A stretch of DNA of 64,000 bases from Hormiphora californensis (taxonomy: Eukaryota > Animalia > Ctenophora). The notes under the pieces were generated by a model. It was not told the DNA's origin, ran no database searches, and worked only from the letters and a program-made list of their open reading frames with translations. Positions 25,101-42,033 of this stretch are shown here, piece after piece. The stretch covers positions 1,116,001 to 1,180,000 of the forward strand of contig CM035355.1 in assembly GCA_020137815.1 (NCBI GenBank), read 5' to 3'. Within the stretch, counting starts at the first letter, position 1. Each line of letters opens with the position of its first letter. The position numbers and the translations under genes were made by a program.

Positions 25101-28100
25101 CGGTCGGGCCAAGTGATTCCCCCCCCCAGATTTTCTTTGATGAAAGGGGTTTCAGGTTTTAGGAAATTTTAAACCCACGGGGGGGATCCAAAAAGGGTGG
25201 GAAAGGGGGTAAAGGTAAAGCCCCCTTGGGAAAACCTAAAAAGGGGAAAAATCAAACAAAGGAAAAAAAATTTTTCCTTTTGCCCAAAGGGGGTTAAAGT
25301 TTATATCCGGGTTTACTTGAAAAAGTACCCTTCCCTAGACATCCCTGTCAACAATTTTTTGCTCCCAAAGGAAAACGGAAGATGCCCCAGTTATAAAACC
25401 CCTTTAGGTTCCCCGACCCCTTTAAAAAGTTTAAAAAAACCGAATGGAAAGAAGTTCTCATCGTCAAAGGGTCAGGGTGACGTTTGGGGGTCCATTGGTT
25501 ATTTGGGGGGGGCCAATTTGGAAAAAAATCCCCTGCCGAAAAAACAGAACCGTCAAAAGGAAAAGATAAGGTAGCAAATTAACAGATAAACCCGAAGGGC
25601 GCATTTTAGCCCAGGTTAAAAGATGGGGTTTAAACACCCGAAAAATTTGGAACCAAAAAACGAAAAATTTGTAAAAAAACCCTTGGGACAGTTGGGGTAA
25701 ATTTCCCCCCCCAAAAACCCCGTGGGGGCCAGAAATCAGAGACCTCTTCGTCTGTCCCGGAAGACCGAAGGGGTCTAGCGATCTGGCCGAAAAGGCAAGG
25801 CCCCCTATTTTTCCAGACAAAAGTCAGAATACAAACACCTTTTGTTCAATGTGTAAGAGTCCAAAACCGGGAGAGTAAAATTTTGTAGGGGGGAGCCCCT
25901 CAGGGGGGGCCCGGCCACAAACTTCGTGAAAGAAATTTGCTGATATCGGGAATGGGAAGAAATCTAATCACGTTCCGGTGAAAAAGGATTTGGGGAAAAT
26001 TCAGGGCAAAGTCAAGGGGAGGGATCCCGGGTGATAAATTATTTTTTCTCTGAACAGACTGGCGAACCGGGAGTATCAGAATAAATGAAGACCCCCAAAA
26101 TTCACCCCCTTTTATTTGTGAAAAAAGAAGGGGCTGTCCTGAAAAAATTTTGGAAAAGTAGGGTATACCCCCCTCGGGATTGATCACCCCGGGGTAAGAG
26201 CTGGCCCAGAAAGGGAAGAGGCAAAAGTCAGATGTATCCCGAAAATAGGTAAAACGTGGGTCAAAAAAAAAAGGGTTGAGAGGGGGTGGTCAAGAAAACC
26301 GAGCTCCCCCGATTAGTTTGTTTTGGAGGGGGAAAAAAATTTGATTCTGCGAAAGAAGATGGTGTTTAAAAGACGTGGAAAAAACCTTAAAGACAGGGGA
26401 CTTTTTTGGGGCCAATTGGGCATTCCCCCGGCCGTAAAGAGAAGAAAATCAAAAACGAGGAGCACCTGAGGGCCCAAAAAGGCCCAAAGGGGGGTCCCAA
26501 AACCCTCAAAAACCCTACGGGCGACTATTCATTTGGCCCAGGGAAAGGGGTAAAATTTTAAAAACCCCGGTTTTTGGGTTGTCTATTTTGTGCGAGTTTT
26601 AATCAACCACGAAAGAAATCCCCGGCTGCCCTGAGGGGGAATTTTTTTCCATGAGTTCAATTTCAGGGTTTGGGGATTGATAATTGGGGGAAAAAGGAAA
26701 AAAGAAAGGAGAAAACCCAAAAACGGAATTTTTCTTAAATTTAACAAAGACAGACAGTTTCAGGGAAATTTCCTTTTTGCTGGCCCTAAACCCTTACCAA
26801 AAAACCCCGGGGGAAAAGACAATGATCCCAGAAAAAAAAGGGTCAATCGATTCGGTCCCCAAAGTGAAAAAAGTGTGTGATCAAAATAGGGTTTTAAAGG
26901 GGGGTATTTCAAAGAATAATTTGAGGGGGGTTAACTTTGGTTTTCAAAGGAATGCAAGGGGCAGCCCCATCGGGGGTCGTAGCACTGGCCCCAGCTGAAA
27001 CCCGTAAAAAACGATTGGGGTGTATTCCGGAAGTTGTTTTTGGAGTTACCCGCAAGACTGGGACGAGTTTTAGAAAGGGTTTTAGGAATTTTTCCTTAAC
27101 AATTTGAAAAATAGAAGGGGAAAGGTTTCACTCCATTGACCTTGTCCACGGGTTTTGGGGAATATCCCAAAAAAGGGGGAAAAAAAATATCCGGATTTTT
27201 AAAAAAACTTGCCAGGCCAGAGTCCCGCAAGGGCAAAAATCCATGCCAAAAATACACGAAAAATGGCCAAGCAGGGGGAAGGAGTGTTTGGCAAAATTCG
27301 CCCAAGGGAAAGTAACGAGATTTCGGGGACGCCAGCCCAAAAGCAACAAGAGACTAACGACCCTGGTTATCGTAGGGGAACCCGTTTGATGATTTTGAAA
27401 TTCCCTGTCCGACCACAAAGGGTTTTCCTTAAAAAAAACATTGGTTCCCCAAACCCAAATCAAAGAAGTTTTCGCCCCCACCTTTTTTCCCTATCCACAC
27501 AACGGGGGAAAAACCCGGTCGTTGCTGTGTCCAAAATCAAATTGTTCCGGCCCCAACAGTGTTCTCTTTTACCGAACAAAAACCCCCAGTCAAACATTTC
27601 CGAATGAAACACCTCCGGGCCCCCAGTCAGTAGAAAACCCCGGACGGGTTAACCTGAAAATTTAACCCAAACTGAGCAAGAAAGGGGTGGGGGATTGTTG
27701 AAAAAATAACCAAAAAAGAAGGGGGTGAGATGTTTAAAGAAAACCGCCCAGCCCCCAAAACCACCACCACCCAAAAAAAGAAAGACCCCCGGGGGAAAAA
27801 ATTTGGGAAACCCAAAGGGGGGGGACGATACGCTCCCACAGTAAAACCGGGAAATGAAGGTGATTTAAACGGGGTTTGCAGCCGTTAAAAACCGTTTCCC
27901 CTGGGGGTTGATAAGGGCCTATCTGATGTTTGTTTTTAAAATTTTATGGCCAGGGATTTGTCTTGATATAGTCACTTGGGGAAATGTTTTGGGGTCCCGA
28001 ATTCCCCCGTAGCCCGAAAATAAGGCCCAAAAAAAACTTTCTTCAAATTAAAGATTTCCCTCTATTCCTCGTCCCAAAACCCCCAAATGTAAAGGGTGAA

Positions 28101-30440
28101 AATTTTAACTCTCCTTGAGGACCATTTGCTCCGAAAGCTAAGGTTGAGGGGAGACTCTCAAAGGGGCCCACCCCCCTAAATCCCCCAATAATAGTTGGGT
28201 TTTACTCCCAACCCCCCCCCGGTTTTTAAAATTTTTGGATTTTAAAAAACCCCCCCTTTTTTTTTTAATCCCGGGGTTTAAAATTCCCCCAAAACCCCCA
28301 AAAAAAATTGAGAGTTTCCCCAACCAAAAAACCCCCACCCCGCCTTTGAAACCCCCCCTTCAATAACAGGTTTAGCTTTTAAACCCCCCCATTTTGATCC
28401 GAAAATTTACCCCGTAAAATTTGGACTTCAGATCCCCGATTTTAAAAACTAAGGGTTTACTAGTTTAGCCTTCTAAAAAATTCATTTTTATCCTGAAATT
28501 CACCCTGCAAAAACCGGGGTTTATAATCCTTGGGTTTTTAAAATTTTAAAATTTTTCAGTTTAGTTTTTCAAAACCACATTTGACACCTCCCCAAAAAAA
28601 CCCCATTTGGTCCGGGGAAAATTTCCCAAGTTCACCCATTTTTTACGTTTTTTTAAAACCCTTGGATTTAAATTTTATAAAAAAACCCAAATTTAGTATT
28701 TAACACAACAACAACAACCGGGATATTGGGGGGTATTGCTTATATTGCTTGGATGATCCAGATACCTTTCTAGGCCGGAACCCGATGAGGAGGGGTTTAA
28801 AAGTCACCCAACAAAATGCCATTTAAAACCAATCCCGATAACGGTTGGGGAAAAAGTTCCGGGGAGCAGAGGGGGACCTTTTTTGGTTTTTCCCTTTAGA
28901 GCCTGGTGAGGTGAAGGGGGCAGTGATTTTTTGTCGGGGAACAGTGGTGGGGGCGGGGGGCAGTTTGGGAAAGGGGTGCGATTTCCCCCAAAATACTAGC
29001 CGAGGGGGGATGGAAAACCCTATGGGATTTGGCCCAGTTTATTGACCTGTGTTTTTAAAAAGATTAAAACAGACCTACGTGGTAAAAATCCACTTTGTTT
29101 AAAAATTTTTAAAGCCCCCCCTTTTTTTTTCAATCCAGGGTATGTTCGAGTCCGGTTTTTAAAATTTTAACCCCGTATTTTTTAGTAATTTTTTTTTTGG
29201 GGTCATGGGGGTTTGGTTTTTTTCCCTTTTCCCCCACGTGGGTTTTTTTTTCCCTTTTATATGTTTTATCCCAGGGAATTTTTTAGGGAAAAATTTAAAA
29301 AATCCCTTTATACAAATTTATTGGCCCAAAAATCCCGTGTATTTTTCATTTTAAACATTTTAAAATTTAACACCCCTGCGGACGTTTATTTCCCTCATTA
29401 CCTTCGGTCACCCCCCACGTGTGTTTTTATACCCTTTTTATCTAGCCCCCGGTTTTTCCCGAGTGTGGGTTGTCCCGGGGATGGGGTCGTTATGGTTCAC
29501 CCCCCCCGGGGCAAAGGGGGGGCCCCCGATCATTCCATTGGGGCTTTGGGGGGGAGGGAACCCAAATTGACTTGGGGGGGGGCTTTTGTAGTTATCCTCC
29601 GGGCATCATGGGTTTGCGTGTTGGGGTTTTTTGTTTATTTGGGGGTGGGGTTAGGGGTCATAGAAAGGGGCCCTGTGCTGCGCGAGATTGTAATGAAAAC
29701 ACAGGGCCCGGGCGCCCGGGGCATCACCAAAAAAGGGATGCCCCGCGAGTTCTCCACGATATTTTTGAAATTTTCAGAGTTTTTGAAACCCCGAGAAAAA
29801 TTTTTCCGTTCCCCTTTTTTTACCAATTTAAAAGAAACAAAAATCCGGTTTTTTTTTAAAACTTTTTTTTTTTTTCAACTAAACTCGGTGTTAAAACCGG
29901 GGTTGGAAGCGCCCCCCAGTAACCCCCAAAAAAAACCCATCCTTACACCACATGTGCTTGAGTCACCCCCCGGGCCAGTCAACCTGGGTTGTGAACCCAA
30001 AACGAATTTTTTCATTGGTTTAAACGTTTTTTGTAATTAATAATGAACTGAAAATTTTGTTGGAAAAAAAAAATAAAATTTTTTCCAAAAAACAATTTTT
30101 TTGGGCCCAAATTTTTAAAAAATTTTTCGCACAAAATCCTTTTGTTTTGAACAATTTTTAAACTTTTTGTAAAAAATTTTTAAAACTTTGGAAAATAGTA
30201 AACCCCTTTGTGCCCCCTTTTTTAAAAAATAGGTAACACTTTGGAAAACTTTGTCCCCCAGAACACTTTTTTAACCCCAGAAAAACTTTTGTAAAAATTT
30301 TGGAACAATTTGGAAAAACCCTTTAAAAATTTGAAAAAAATTTTTAAAACTATTTTTAACACTATGGAAAAATTTGTACCCCTTTTTAAATGAACGTGGG
30401 ACAAAAAAATTTTTGCACATGTTACAAAAAGGGTTTGGGC

Positions 30441-30474
<34 letters not shown>
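19197..30474. mobile_element. Large TIR element with poly-G/poly-C ends and subterminal TGTTACA/TGTAACA arrays
   Basis: G-run plus gtgttaca(a/t)a repeats at 19197-19540 mirror taacact(a/t)tg repeats plus C-run at 30150-30474. aagggtttgtgcgaagaaaattttaaa (~19551) is inverted at ~30113. The satellite motif gcacc|tagtaagg is split across the two ends. Confidence 0.6.
20100..29900 (+). mobile_element. Ty3/Gypsy LTR retrotransposon (sequence garbled)
   Basis: Direct repeats at ~20160-20430 and ~29600-29900 (putative LTR parts), with TGGTG (PBS-like) at ~20437. Fragmentary RT-like motifs (KIDE..TGGVVEV..EWN ~23410-23470; KITAF ~23700; IIV ~23876), RNase H-like GGVLS (~24360) and integrase-like FG.P...DQ (~26850) occur in Gypsy order. 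Confidence 0.55.
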
Positions 30475-31622
30475 TAGGAAGGCGGGCCCCCAATTGCCCT
30501 AAACTTTTTTTATCGGGTTTAAATTTCAAACAAAGATCAAAAAAATTTCCCACAAGAAAAGGGTAAATGGCCCCCGGGAGCAATTTGAAGGGGAGCCTGA
30601 AAATCGATTACAGTTTCATGAAAACTGTAATCGAGTTTAGGTTTCATTCTAAATTGCTCATGGGCCCAGTGCCTTTTTTTTGGGAAAAAAGGGGGAAGGG
30701 AAATTTCCTGCATACTTTTTAAGAAGGGAATGAAAACACGAATTTCTTTTTTATATGGGCATTGCCAACCCCCTTTTTGACCCCCAAAAAATTTGGGGGG
30801 CAATTTTTTCCCAATTCCAAAGGGTAGGTGTTTAGTTGAAGGGAAGGGTTTTTTCCCTGTACATTTAGATCCCCTTAACTTTTCAAATTTTTCCCCGGTC
30901 TTTTGGGGGTTTAAAATTTTTCCAAAATCAAAATTTTAACTGAAAAAAACGGGGAAAAAAATACCTTCCCCCGCCGATGGGGCCAAGGGAAACCCGTCGC
31001 CCGAATCAAAATAAGGGGAAAAAAAAGAAAAAAGGGGGTTTAAAAATTTTTATTTAAAGAATGTGTTTGTGAGTGCGGGGGGTTTTAAATTTTTTAATTT
31101 TCACTAGGATTTTTTTTAAAAATGAATTTTTTTTTTAGATTCGTCAATTATTATTAAAAAATTAAAAAAACCCCGGGTTTTAAACCCCTATTTGAAATTT
31201 TTTTATCGGGAAACCCTTTTTTTGGGGTTGGGAAAGTCAGCCTCGAAAAGGTTAAAGGGGCCCCCAAACTATTAAAGTACTCCCCCAAAAAAAAATAGGG
31301 GCCCTTTACGGGTTTTGGAAAATTTCCCCCGGTAAAAAATTCCAATTTCCCCGATAGGGGGTTTAAAGCCCTTTAAATTTTTTTGTAGGAAGAAATCGAA
31401 CTGATTCCTTTTAAAAAAACAAATTTAAAAATTTTCCCATTAAACAGGGGGTGGGGTTGGCCGTTAAAATCCGGGGCGGGGGCAGCAAGGGACTAATAGT
31501 TTGGGAGGACCTTTTTGGGCCCCTTTTGGGGGCGCCCCGGATTTTTGGGCAGAAATGGTCCAAACCCCTGATGAGATAGAGACTTGAAATTTGTTTCGTG
31601 AGGAGATCATGTAGAGTTCTTC

Positions 31623-31691
31623 CTGTCTGGCGGCGCCAGACCCCAATTTGATTCTCGACAGTGCGCTCAGATGGGTCGCGGCGCCAGACAG
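31623..31691. mobile_element. 69-bp micro-MITE, same family as 1536-1597, with 8-bp TSD AGTTCTTC
   Basis: CTGTCTGGCG...CGCCAGACAG ends. AGTTCTTC at 31615-31622 and 31692-31699. Inserted into a gacttgaaattt hairpin. Confidence 0.85.
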
Positions 31692-32336
31692 AGTTCTTCC
31701 TACAAAACAAATTTCAAAGTGTTTACTCGTGCTCTGAGAGCATTGCTCTCTGGCGTTATGACTCCAGACTCAGTTTGATTATCAATAGTGTGAGTAGATC
31801 GGCACCGCCAGACAGTACTCATGTATGTAATTGTATTACGTATGATGTAATTGTATGGATTCATGAAACAACAAAATTTATGAAATCGAAAATAAAATAT
31901 GTTTTAAAAACAATCTACAGAAAGATGTCGGGTATGGGCGAAAACGAGCCATCATCTTATCTCAGTCAAGATTTGCACTTGAACAGAGGAACACTGTGTT
32001 TAACATATTTCATAGACAGACTTGATCGGGATTAAATAAGCCTAAACATGTATACTGCTGCAGTTCAACATCTACTGAACCAATCAATCGGACTTTATGA
32101 AACGAAGAGAAAAACGGGGGAAAGCAGAAGAATGTTCAATCGTTACTGATTATTGTCCATGTAGATAGAATGAGAGGGAGAGAGAGAAAGAATAAAATAT
32201 AGAGATATAGAAAGATAGAGAATAAGATATAGAGAGATCAGGCAGTTCCATCTAATCGTCGAATAACTTAAATAAAAAGAAACCTCAAACACTTCAAATC
32301 GTTCTTGTCTCAGCTCATCATCACGTTTGTTGTTGG

Positions 32337-35816
<3,480 letters not shown>

Positions 35817-36329
35817 CTTGTCGGTGATGCCTACTATCGGTTATTTGGGTTAGTGGACGAGAGGATAATGGCTGGAAACGACTAAGAGGGGACTGGGGAG
35901 AATTGGAGAAATTACATAAGAGGGGGATTTGCCTGGCTAGACTGTGTTTCGGGCGCCCTACAAATGTAAAGGGAGGGTTAGAACATAACAAGGGGGGATA
36001 TCGCGTGGCCGGAATGACAACAAAACAAGCAGCGAGTTAAAAAGAAACTGCAAAGAAAAACACATAAAATTAGAAACATTTCGTGATGAAAATAAGTTAA
36101 TTAAAAATTAAAACTCTATCCCACTCCTCTCACTGTATCTTTTTCTGAATCATGAACCGGAGAGATATAACATATTTCCACGAAATTTAGAATCACGTCT
36201 CATAATAAGCGGAGAATTCTTTCTCAGCAGGATAGGTGCCAACAGAAACACATGTTCAGTGGTTACCACTGATATTCACAGAGTCCTCAGTCAGGTGACG
36301 GGATAAGATGTTATTGAAATAGTGTCCTA

Positions 36330-37595
36330 TTAGGTTCTCAACCAGCCTGTCCTGTTAGGATTCATCATAGTATACGCAGTACACCTCTCCTCAGCAGTAC
36401 TCTCACAGACTGTCTGGTATAGAGGTTTATCCTTCACCAGACTAACATAACTAACTACCTCTGGAAACTGAGAAACTGTAGATAACCTGCCTGTTCGGCC
36501 CATTCGCCGCAGATAACTGTCGTATGTGAGAGGGAACTCATAGTTTAGAACGAGGCCAAAATTCCGGAAATCTAGACCATTAGCGGCGCCTTCTGTGACG
36601 ACAACAGGGAAGGTGGTACGTGGTATGAAGTCTGTCATCATTTTCTGTCGGGATGATTTAGATTTGTCACTAGATATAAGGAAGTTATTTATCCCGTTTA
36701 GAAGAAGCTCTTTGTGGACAAAATAGGCGACATTTTTGAAGTTGCAAAAGATAAGCGGTCTTTCATGCTCCTGGCTACGTGTTGCTAGGTGCTCCTTCAT
36801 AAAACCAACAAAGTGTTCCGGCTTCACAGGTTTTCGGACGAAAAAGAACCTCTGACTAATGTGAGGAAGGGGCCTGTGGGCAGTGGGACTAAGGTACTGT
36901 TTCAGGTCAGGTACACATTCCTCAGCCCTCGTAAACCCATATTTTGTAAGAGTTGCACCCGCCATCACAACTTGGCATCTCATCCTACCATCAATAGATA
37001 GTTCCTTGAGGAATGTCTGTCGTTCTTCTATCGTCCTATAATCAAACCATTCTCCAACCTCATCAATAACTAGATGTTCCAGATCCTGGAGGGAGAGAGA
37101 TGAAGAGCCAAGGAGAGAGGTTACACGGTCGTATGTTCCCACAACAATATCAAATGGCCGGGAGGAAATCAGGTCGTTTTGCCGAGTTGTTGAATGTTCG
37201 GTCAGGCTGAGGACTCGTAGAGGAAGGTCCTGGATCAAATGTTTTACAACACTACCAATCTGTGGGAAGGAAATAGGTATGAAAGGACAAAGAGAGAATA
37301 AAGACATATAATACCAGCGAAATGTAAACTAATTTTGAAACTAAAGCTGTTTCATTGAACACTCCTGGCTTGGGTAGATAAGCAGAGCAAGACGATTCAA
37401 AACCCAAAACCCATTACTGAAAAACAGAAAGTGGTGTTGCAGAATGATGTAAAAGCCCTAATTACACCCCACGTTTCTCAAGTTTACACACTAATTGGAC
37501 GGCAAATTGGCCCAATACACACACTTTCACATGGTCTTATGTTACAATTATTTCGAGAGCCGGTGCTTGATTGCATGCATGTAACAGAGTGGGCT

Positions 37596-37667
<72 letters not shown>

Positions 37668-38887
37668 GAGAGATAGCGAAAATGTATAGTATGGTTTATC
37701 GGGGTAGAACGCAAGTATGTATCTTGAAGATATGAAATCAAATTTGCACACTGCATGTCATACCCACTACCCAGAACCCTCTAAAAACAGGTAATGAAAA
37801 GAAGTGTATGGGAGTATGAAGTTATATTCACCACACCCCTAACACATTGTCCAACTGCTAAATACCCGACATGGAACCACACCCAACACGTGATTATTAT
37901 TAGGCTGATTAGGCAGTACCCCCCAACAACCCTGAATTAAACCTGAATATTACCTGCAATGAGAGCTCTTTAGTAGGGGCCATAATGATAGCACGAGGGG
38001 CACCTGATCTGGTGATATACCCCTTCTCATCACTCTCCAGGATAGCTTGTACCACGGGTAACAGGAAGGTGTAAGTCTTACCTGGCAGAGGGGAATTGGG
38101 GAGTTATAGTTTAATGATGTAAGGAACTCCCAACACCACCCCCTATAATACACTTGTACAACGTGCATTACCTGATCCAGTTGGACTGATGTAAAGACAG
38201 TTCTTGCCCTCCCGTAATACTGGTATCACCTCTTCTTGGTGAGATGTTGGGTGTAACACACCTAGTTCTCCTATCTAGAAGACAAAGTGTTAGAAATGGC
38301 TCTCATTTCAAGGGGTATTATATAGGGGTACATAAAAGGGATGAGAAAAATAAGTGGAATATAAGTTGACACCAACAGTAACTCAATGTAACCTCACCCC
38401 AACCATTGTACCTGTTGCACTATTCTTTCATCAAGTCCAAGTCCCATAAAGGTTGCTTTCCGTACGTTGCCGCTACTATAAAACACACTTTTCCCTGTCG
38501 TCTTGGATCGCTTTATCATTGATGTATGCTTTGCCTCAGTCCCATCTCCTATTCTTGGTTTCGGTTTATTCCGGATATTTTCAATAAACTTCTCTCGGTA
38601 TGTCCTGGGTTTCCTCCCACTCTGAGTGTGAAGTATTCTCAATTAGTTACCAGTTAGCTAATCTCACATTTCAATAGACCTTAAAAACTACCGTTGTTTT
38701 TAATTTGTATAAACATTTTGACACAAAAGCACTAGGGTGTTACCTGGAAGAAGTTTTTATAAGGGTTATTCTGGTGCTCTGCTTGCCGCCTAAAGTTTGC
38801 CACAGTCGGCGGTGTCGCTGTAGTTTCAAACCGGACAAATGATGAGGGTTGGAGAGAAACTAAGGCTCGGCAACAGGCTCGAATCAT
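36330..38887 (-). CDS. DEAD-box-family RNA helicase, DDX28-like, probably mitochondrial, ~504 aa
   Basis: Exons 38744-38887, 38412-38621, 38172-38274, 37954-38081 and 36330-37259 splice in frame. Motifs: Q motif F..LGL..PTSHQ, SPTGSGKT, PTKEL, DEVG, GAT, NGLDF, RRMGRTGR. The N-terminus is Arg/Ser-rich and resembles a transit peptide. DDX28 orthology is inferred. Confidence 0.85.
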
Positions 38888-39182
38888 TTGTCTAGAGAGG
38901 TGGATTATATTGGTCAAAACATTTTAGAGAATTGTATTTGTTTTTCGACAGTAATCAGTAATAAAATCATTTTAGTATGAAAATTAATTTTCAGGTGAAA
39001 GTATGATACAATAGTAGGATATATTTACATTTCGACTTTGTTACACACAAATATATTTATACTCTTGGCGTCGTGGTATACGATAATTAATTAATAAACT
39101 CTCTCTGAAGTTAAAAATCTCTGACACAACTCTCGTTTATCTTCTCAATTATCTTGATTTCTCAGTCCTTTTCCCTGTCATT

Positions 39183-41846
39183 TCAGGACCCACCCAACAG
39201 AGTAACCGCCAATTTAACAACCTCAAACTTATCTCGCTTCTTCAATACCTTACACAGTGGACCAAGTGTGACAGCAGTTTTTGAACACCTCCTACCCAGG
39301 ACCGCGATAAGGGAAGATATCTGTTGAACGGCATCATCCCCAGAAGTCCCACACACCCCCTCGAGCTCCTTGACAGTGAATAGTTTGAGAAGAAGTTCCA
39401 AGGTCTCAGAGGGTTTGTGATGTGCAGTAAAGACAAGGAGTGACACAGCTACAGCGGCACTATCGGCACACTTCCATAGTGCCCTAATGAATCTCACGTG
39501 ACTGCCACACCACGTGATCATCTCAGCGGCATCTGATTGGTCCTCAAGGGATAGCATGAGTAGCTGGAGTACAGGGAGACAATCCTTAGCCTTGGTTTTG
39601 TGCCGTGCTGCACTCTCAGTGGCTGCCAGGGCCACTGAAGTGGGCACTAAAGACTGATCACAGCAGGCAGTCAGCGACATCATCAAACTGATACCTTCCA
39701 AAAATAGAGCTTTACCTTCAGACTCAAAACAGTGCCGGGCGATCTCCGGGCCACATTCAACCAGGGTCTCAGCGAATTTTGATTGAGGAAACTGTCTGAA
39801 TTGTTCCCCGGCACACGCAACCAGAGCGGTGTACGCGGGAACAGGAACAAGGGATGGGGATACTGATCCAAGGACCCAGGACCACAGATCCCCAGTTTCA
39901 TCAGGAGGGCTTTTGTTGGCGATCAGCCAGCACACAGCCCCGTGAACCCCTGAACTCAGACCAGATATATGTTTTAGCTCCGTGGGGAGTGATCTGATCT
40001 CTGTTACAGCGGTGATGTGATCTTTAGTCAGTTCAACTGCAGGGACCCCGGCCAATAGGAAGAGGCATGTTAGTTTGGAACACCTTACCAGAACAACCTC
40101 GTGAAGTCGGGACATCAGCTCATCTCGAGCCCTGAGTCTGTGCTCCAAATTAGGGTGGGAGAATATTGCGACAAGTAGGGATAGTGACTCAGGGAGTGAT
40201 ATCAGCTCTCCAACAAGTTGTTCTGTATTGAGTATCAGCTGTGCTAGATCAGGGCAAGCAGAGACAGAGTAAGATAGGACCTCCTTCCCCTCTTTTAGTC
40301 CCAGTAATACCTGCCAGGCTCCATCTTCAGCGAGTGCAGCACCCAACCACTTGGAGATCCAGGGAGGGGATGAGAGCCGGTCCTGTTTACACAGGGCAAC
40401 CAACACACTACACAGTGCAGGCCGGGTTAGTAGAACCTCAAACATGACCTTCATCACCTCACAATACCCTTCTTTTAGTGCTTTCAGCATTCCCGCTGGG
40501 TTAGCTCTAGAGAGGACCTCGAGTACTCCCTGGGTGCTGTCTGCAACTTGAAGGATGGGTTTTAGTTCCTTTAGTATGAGGTCTGTGTGAGAGGATGCGA
40601 AGGTTGCCAGTAGCTCAATAGTTTGGGGGTGTCTCCACTTTAGGAGGATGGTGATCATGATCTTGTCTGGCGTGAGATTCTGGCAGACACCACACACATC
40701 AGAGATTTCATCAGGGGTGGCTGTACTGTACAGAGCATCCATTTGGGCAAATATTGCAGCTCGATCCTTTGGTGAACTGTTCTTCAGGAGTGTTATTTGT
40801 TCCTTCATACCTCCCCCTTGACTCTCAGCTCTCTCTTTAAATCGTGAAAAGATATCCTTCTTTCGTTTTGAAGGTGTTTTGGTGGGAGTTTGCTGCCGTT
40901 GCTCCTTTACAATTGAAAGGGAATCTTTTAATCCCGCGATTGCAAGATCAGAGGCCCGGATCCGCTGAGTTCGTGTCATGTTACTGTTGCTCAACGTGGC
41001 ACCCAACTCTGCCTGTGTGTTACTAACAGGAGGGGTAATGGGGGGCCATTCCAAATTCCCCTCACCTCTAACCACCCACTCCGATACAAAAGGGTGGTCG
41101 AGAAGGGCAGGCCATGTTAACCTGGTACTCGGGTCTTTATCAAGCAACCCACACAGAAAATCCTGGAATTGTTCCGACATACCACCAGGCCATTTTACCG
41201 GATTTTTAGTGATCAGATTGACAAGCTGAAACAGGTTTGTGGTATAAAAAGGTGGCTCACCAGCAAACAACTCAAATAAGATGCATCCCAGAGCCCAAAG
41301 ATCCGCATTATGATCGTACGGCTGCTCCTGCACCAGCTCAGGGGACATGTACAGTGGTGTACCTTTTATGGAAGTAACCATGAAAGTGTTAACACCCATG
41401 GCCCGGGCAAACCCAAAATCGCATAACTTCACCAGACCTCCATTGCAGAGAAGGATGTTCTGTGGTTTCATGTCCCGGTGTAAGATCCTGTTTGAGTGAA
41501 GGTACCATAATGCAGATACCAGCTGATGTGCAATGTGATGGACAACTTCTTCGTGGAGTTTCTGATCATCTTCCAAAATATGAAACAGTTCTCCGTCAGC
41601 AAAATCCGTTACCACGCACACCTCATTTTCTGTGTCAAATGAGTCAAGAAGGGAGATTATGTTGGGATGCGACAAATCTCTCATGATGTCTATTTCCTTT
41701 CGTAGATTTGCAAGCTCCTTTTCAGACCTCCCAATTTTCGAGATGAACTTCATAGCGACGATATCGAAGGAGTGTTTCCGCCGTCCCTTGAAGACCCGGC
41801 CAAAGGAGCCCTCCCCTATACACTCGAGAATATGGTAGCGTTCCAT
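39183..41846 (-). CDS. STK36: Serine/threonine kinase Fused/STK36, single coding exon, 887 aa
   Basis: [46 protein letters not shown] and [27 protein letters not shown] are diagnostic of Fused/STK36. Leu-rich helical C-terminus. Confidence 0.93.
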   Translation of the reverse strand: MERYHILECIGEGSFGRVFKGRRKHSFDIVAMKFISKIGRSEKELANLRKEIDIMRDLSHPNIISLLDSFDTENEVCVVTDFADGELFHILEDDQKLHEEVVHHIAHQLVSALWYLHSNRILHRDMKPQNILLCNGGLVKLCDFGFARAMGVNTFMVTSIKGTPLYMSPELVQEQPYDHNADLWALGCILFELFAGEPPFYTTNLFQLVNLITKNPVKWPGGMSEQFQDFLCGLLDKDPSTRLTWPALLDHPFVSEWVVRGEGNLEWPPITPPVSNTQAELGATLSNSNMTRTQRIRASDLAIAGLKDSLSIVKEQRQQTPTKTPSKRKKDIFSRFKERAESQGGGMKEQITLLKNSSPKDRAAIFAQMDALYSTATPDEISDVCGVCQNLTPDKIMITILLKWRHPQTIELLATFASSHTDLILKELKPILQVADSTQGVLEVLSRANPAGMLKALKEGYCEVMKVMFEVLLTRPALCSVLVALCKQDRLSSPPWISKWLGAALAEDGAWQVLLGLKEGKEVLSYSVSACPDLAQLILNTEQLVGELISLPESLSLLVAIFSHPNLEHRLRARDELMSRLHEVVLVRCSKLTCLFLLAGVPAVELTKDHITAVTEIRSLPTELKHISGLSSGVHGAVCWLIANKSPPDETGDLWSWVLGSVSPSLVPVPAYTALVACAGEQFRQFPQSKFAETLVECGPEIARHCFESEGKALFLEGISLMMSLTACCDQSLVPTSVALAATESAARHKTKAKDCLPVLQLLMLSLEDQSDAAEMITWCGSHVRFIRALWKCADSAAVAVSLLVFTAHHKPSETLELLLKLFTVKELEGVCGTSGDDAVQQISSLIAVLGRRCSKTAVTLGPLCKVLKKRDKFEVVKLAVTLLGGS

Positions 41847-42033
41847 ACCTAGAGTGGAAAGTGAGGGTGTTCAAACATGTAGAGATTTAAAAATACGGTT
41901 CTGAGAAGACTCGATACATTTAAAATGAGTTTTTATTAGAAATCCAGATTTACAAAAACAGTACTGCTACCAGAATAAAACACACACATGAAACACAAGT
42001 TGCAATCGGTAAAAACACGGCATTTAATTTTTC

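Larger units (their letters stand above)
5930..30520 (+). repeat. Large-unit (~1.3-1.5 kb) tandem satellite, interrupted by two insertions
   Basis: The marker acattttcttctaatttgtcaacttttgagtcacccatgcagc recurs at ~5947, 6784, 12420, 13790, 15200 and 19090. There is an internal ~190-bp duplication (7038-7226 / 7227-7413). The unit resumes at ~30475. Confidence 0.75.
7440..31550. other. Low-accuracy, homopolymer-garbled assembly segment
   Basis: Abrupt switch to runs of A/C/G/T. Satellite copies that are clean at 5.9-7.4 kb appear here with inflated homopolymers. The ORFs are K/F/G/P-rich nonsense. Confidence 0.85.

Noticed and set aside
7440-31550. Dozens of K/F/G/P-rich ORFs and extreme homopolymer bias as a novel coding or hypermutation system
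   Set aside because: The same satellite is clean at 5.9-7.4 kb and garbled here. The pattern fits unpolished long-read error.
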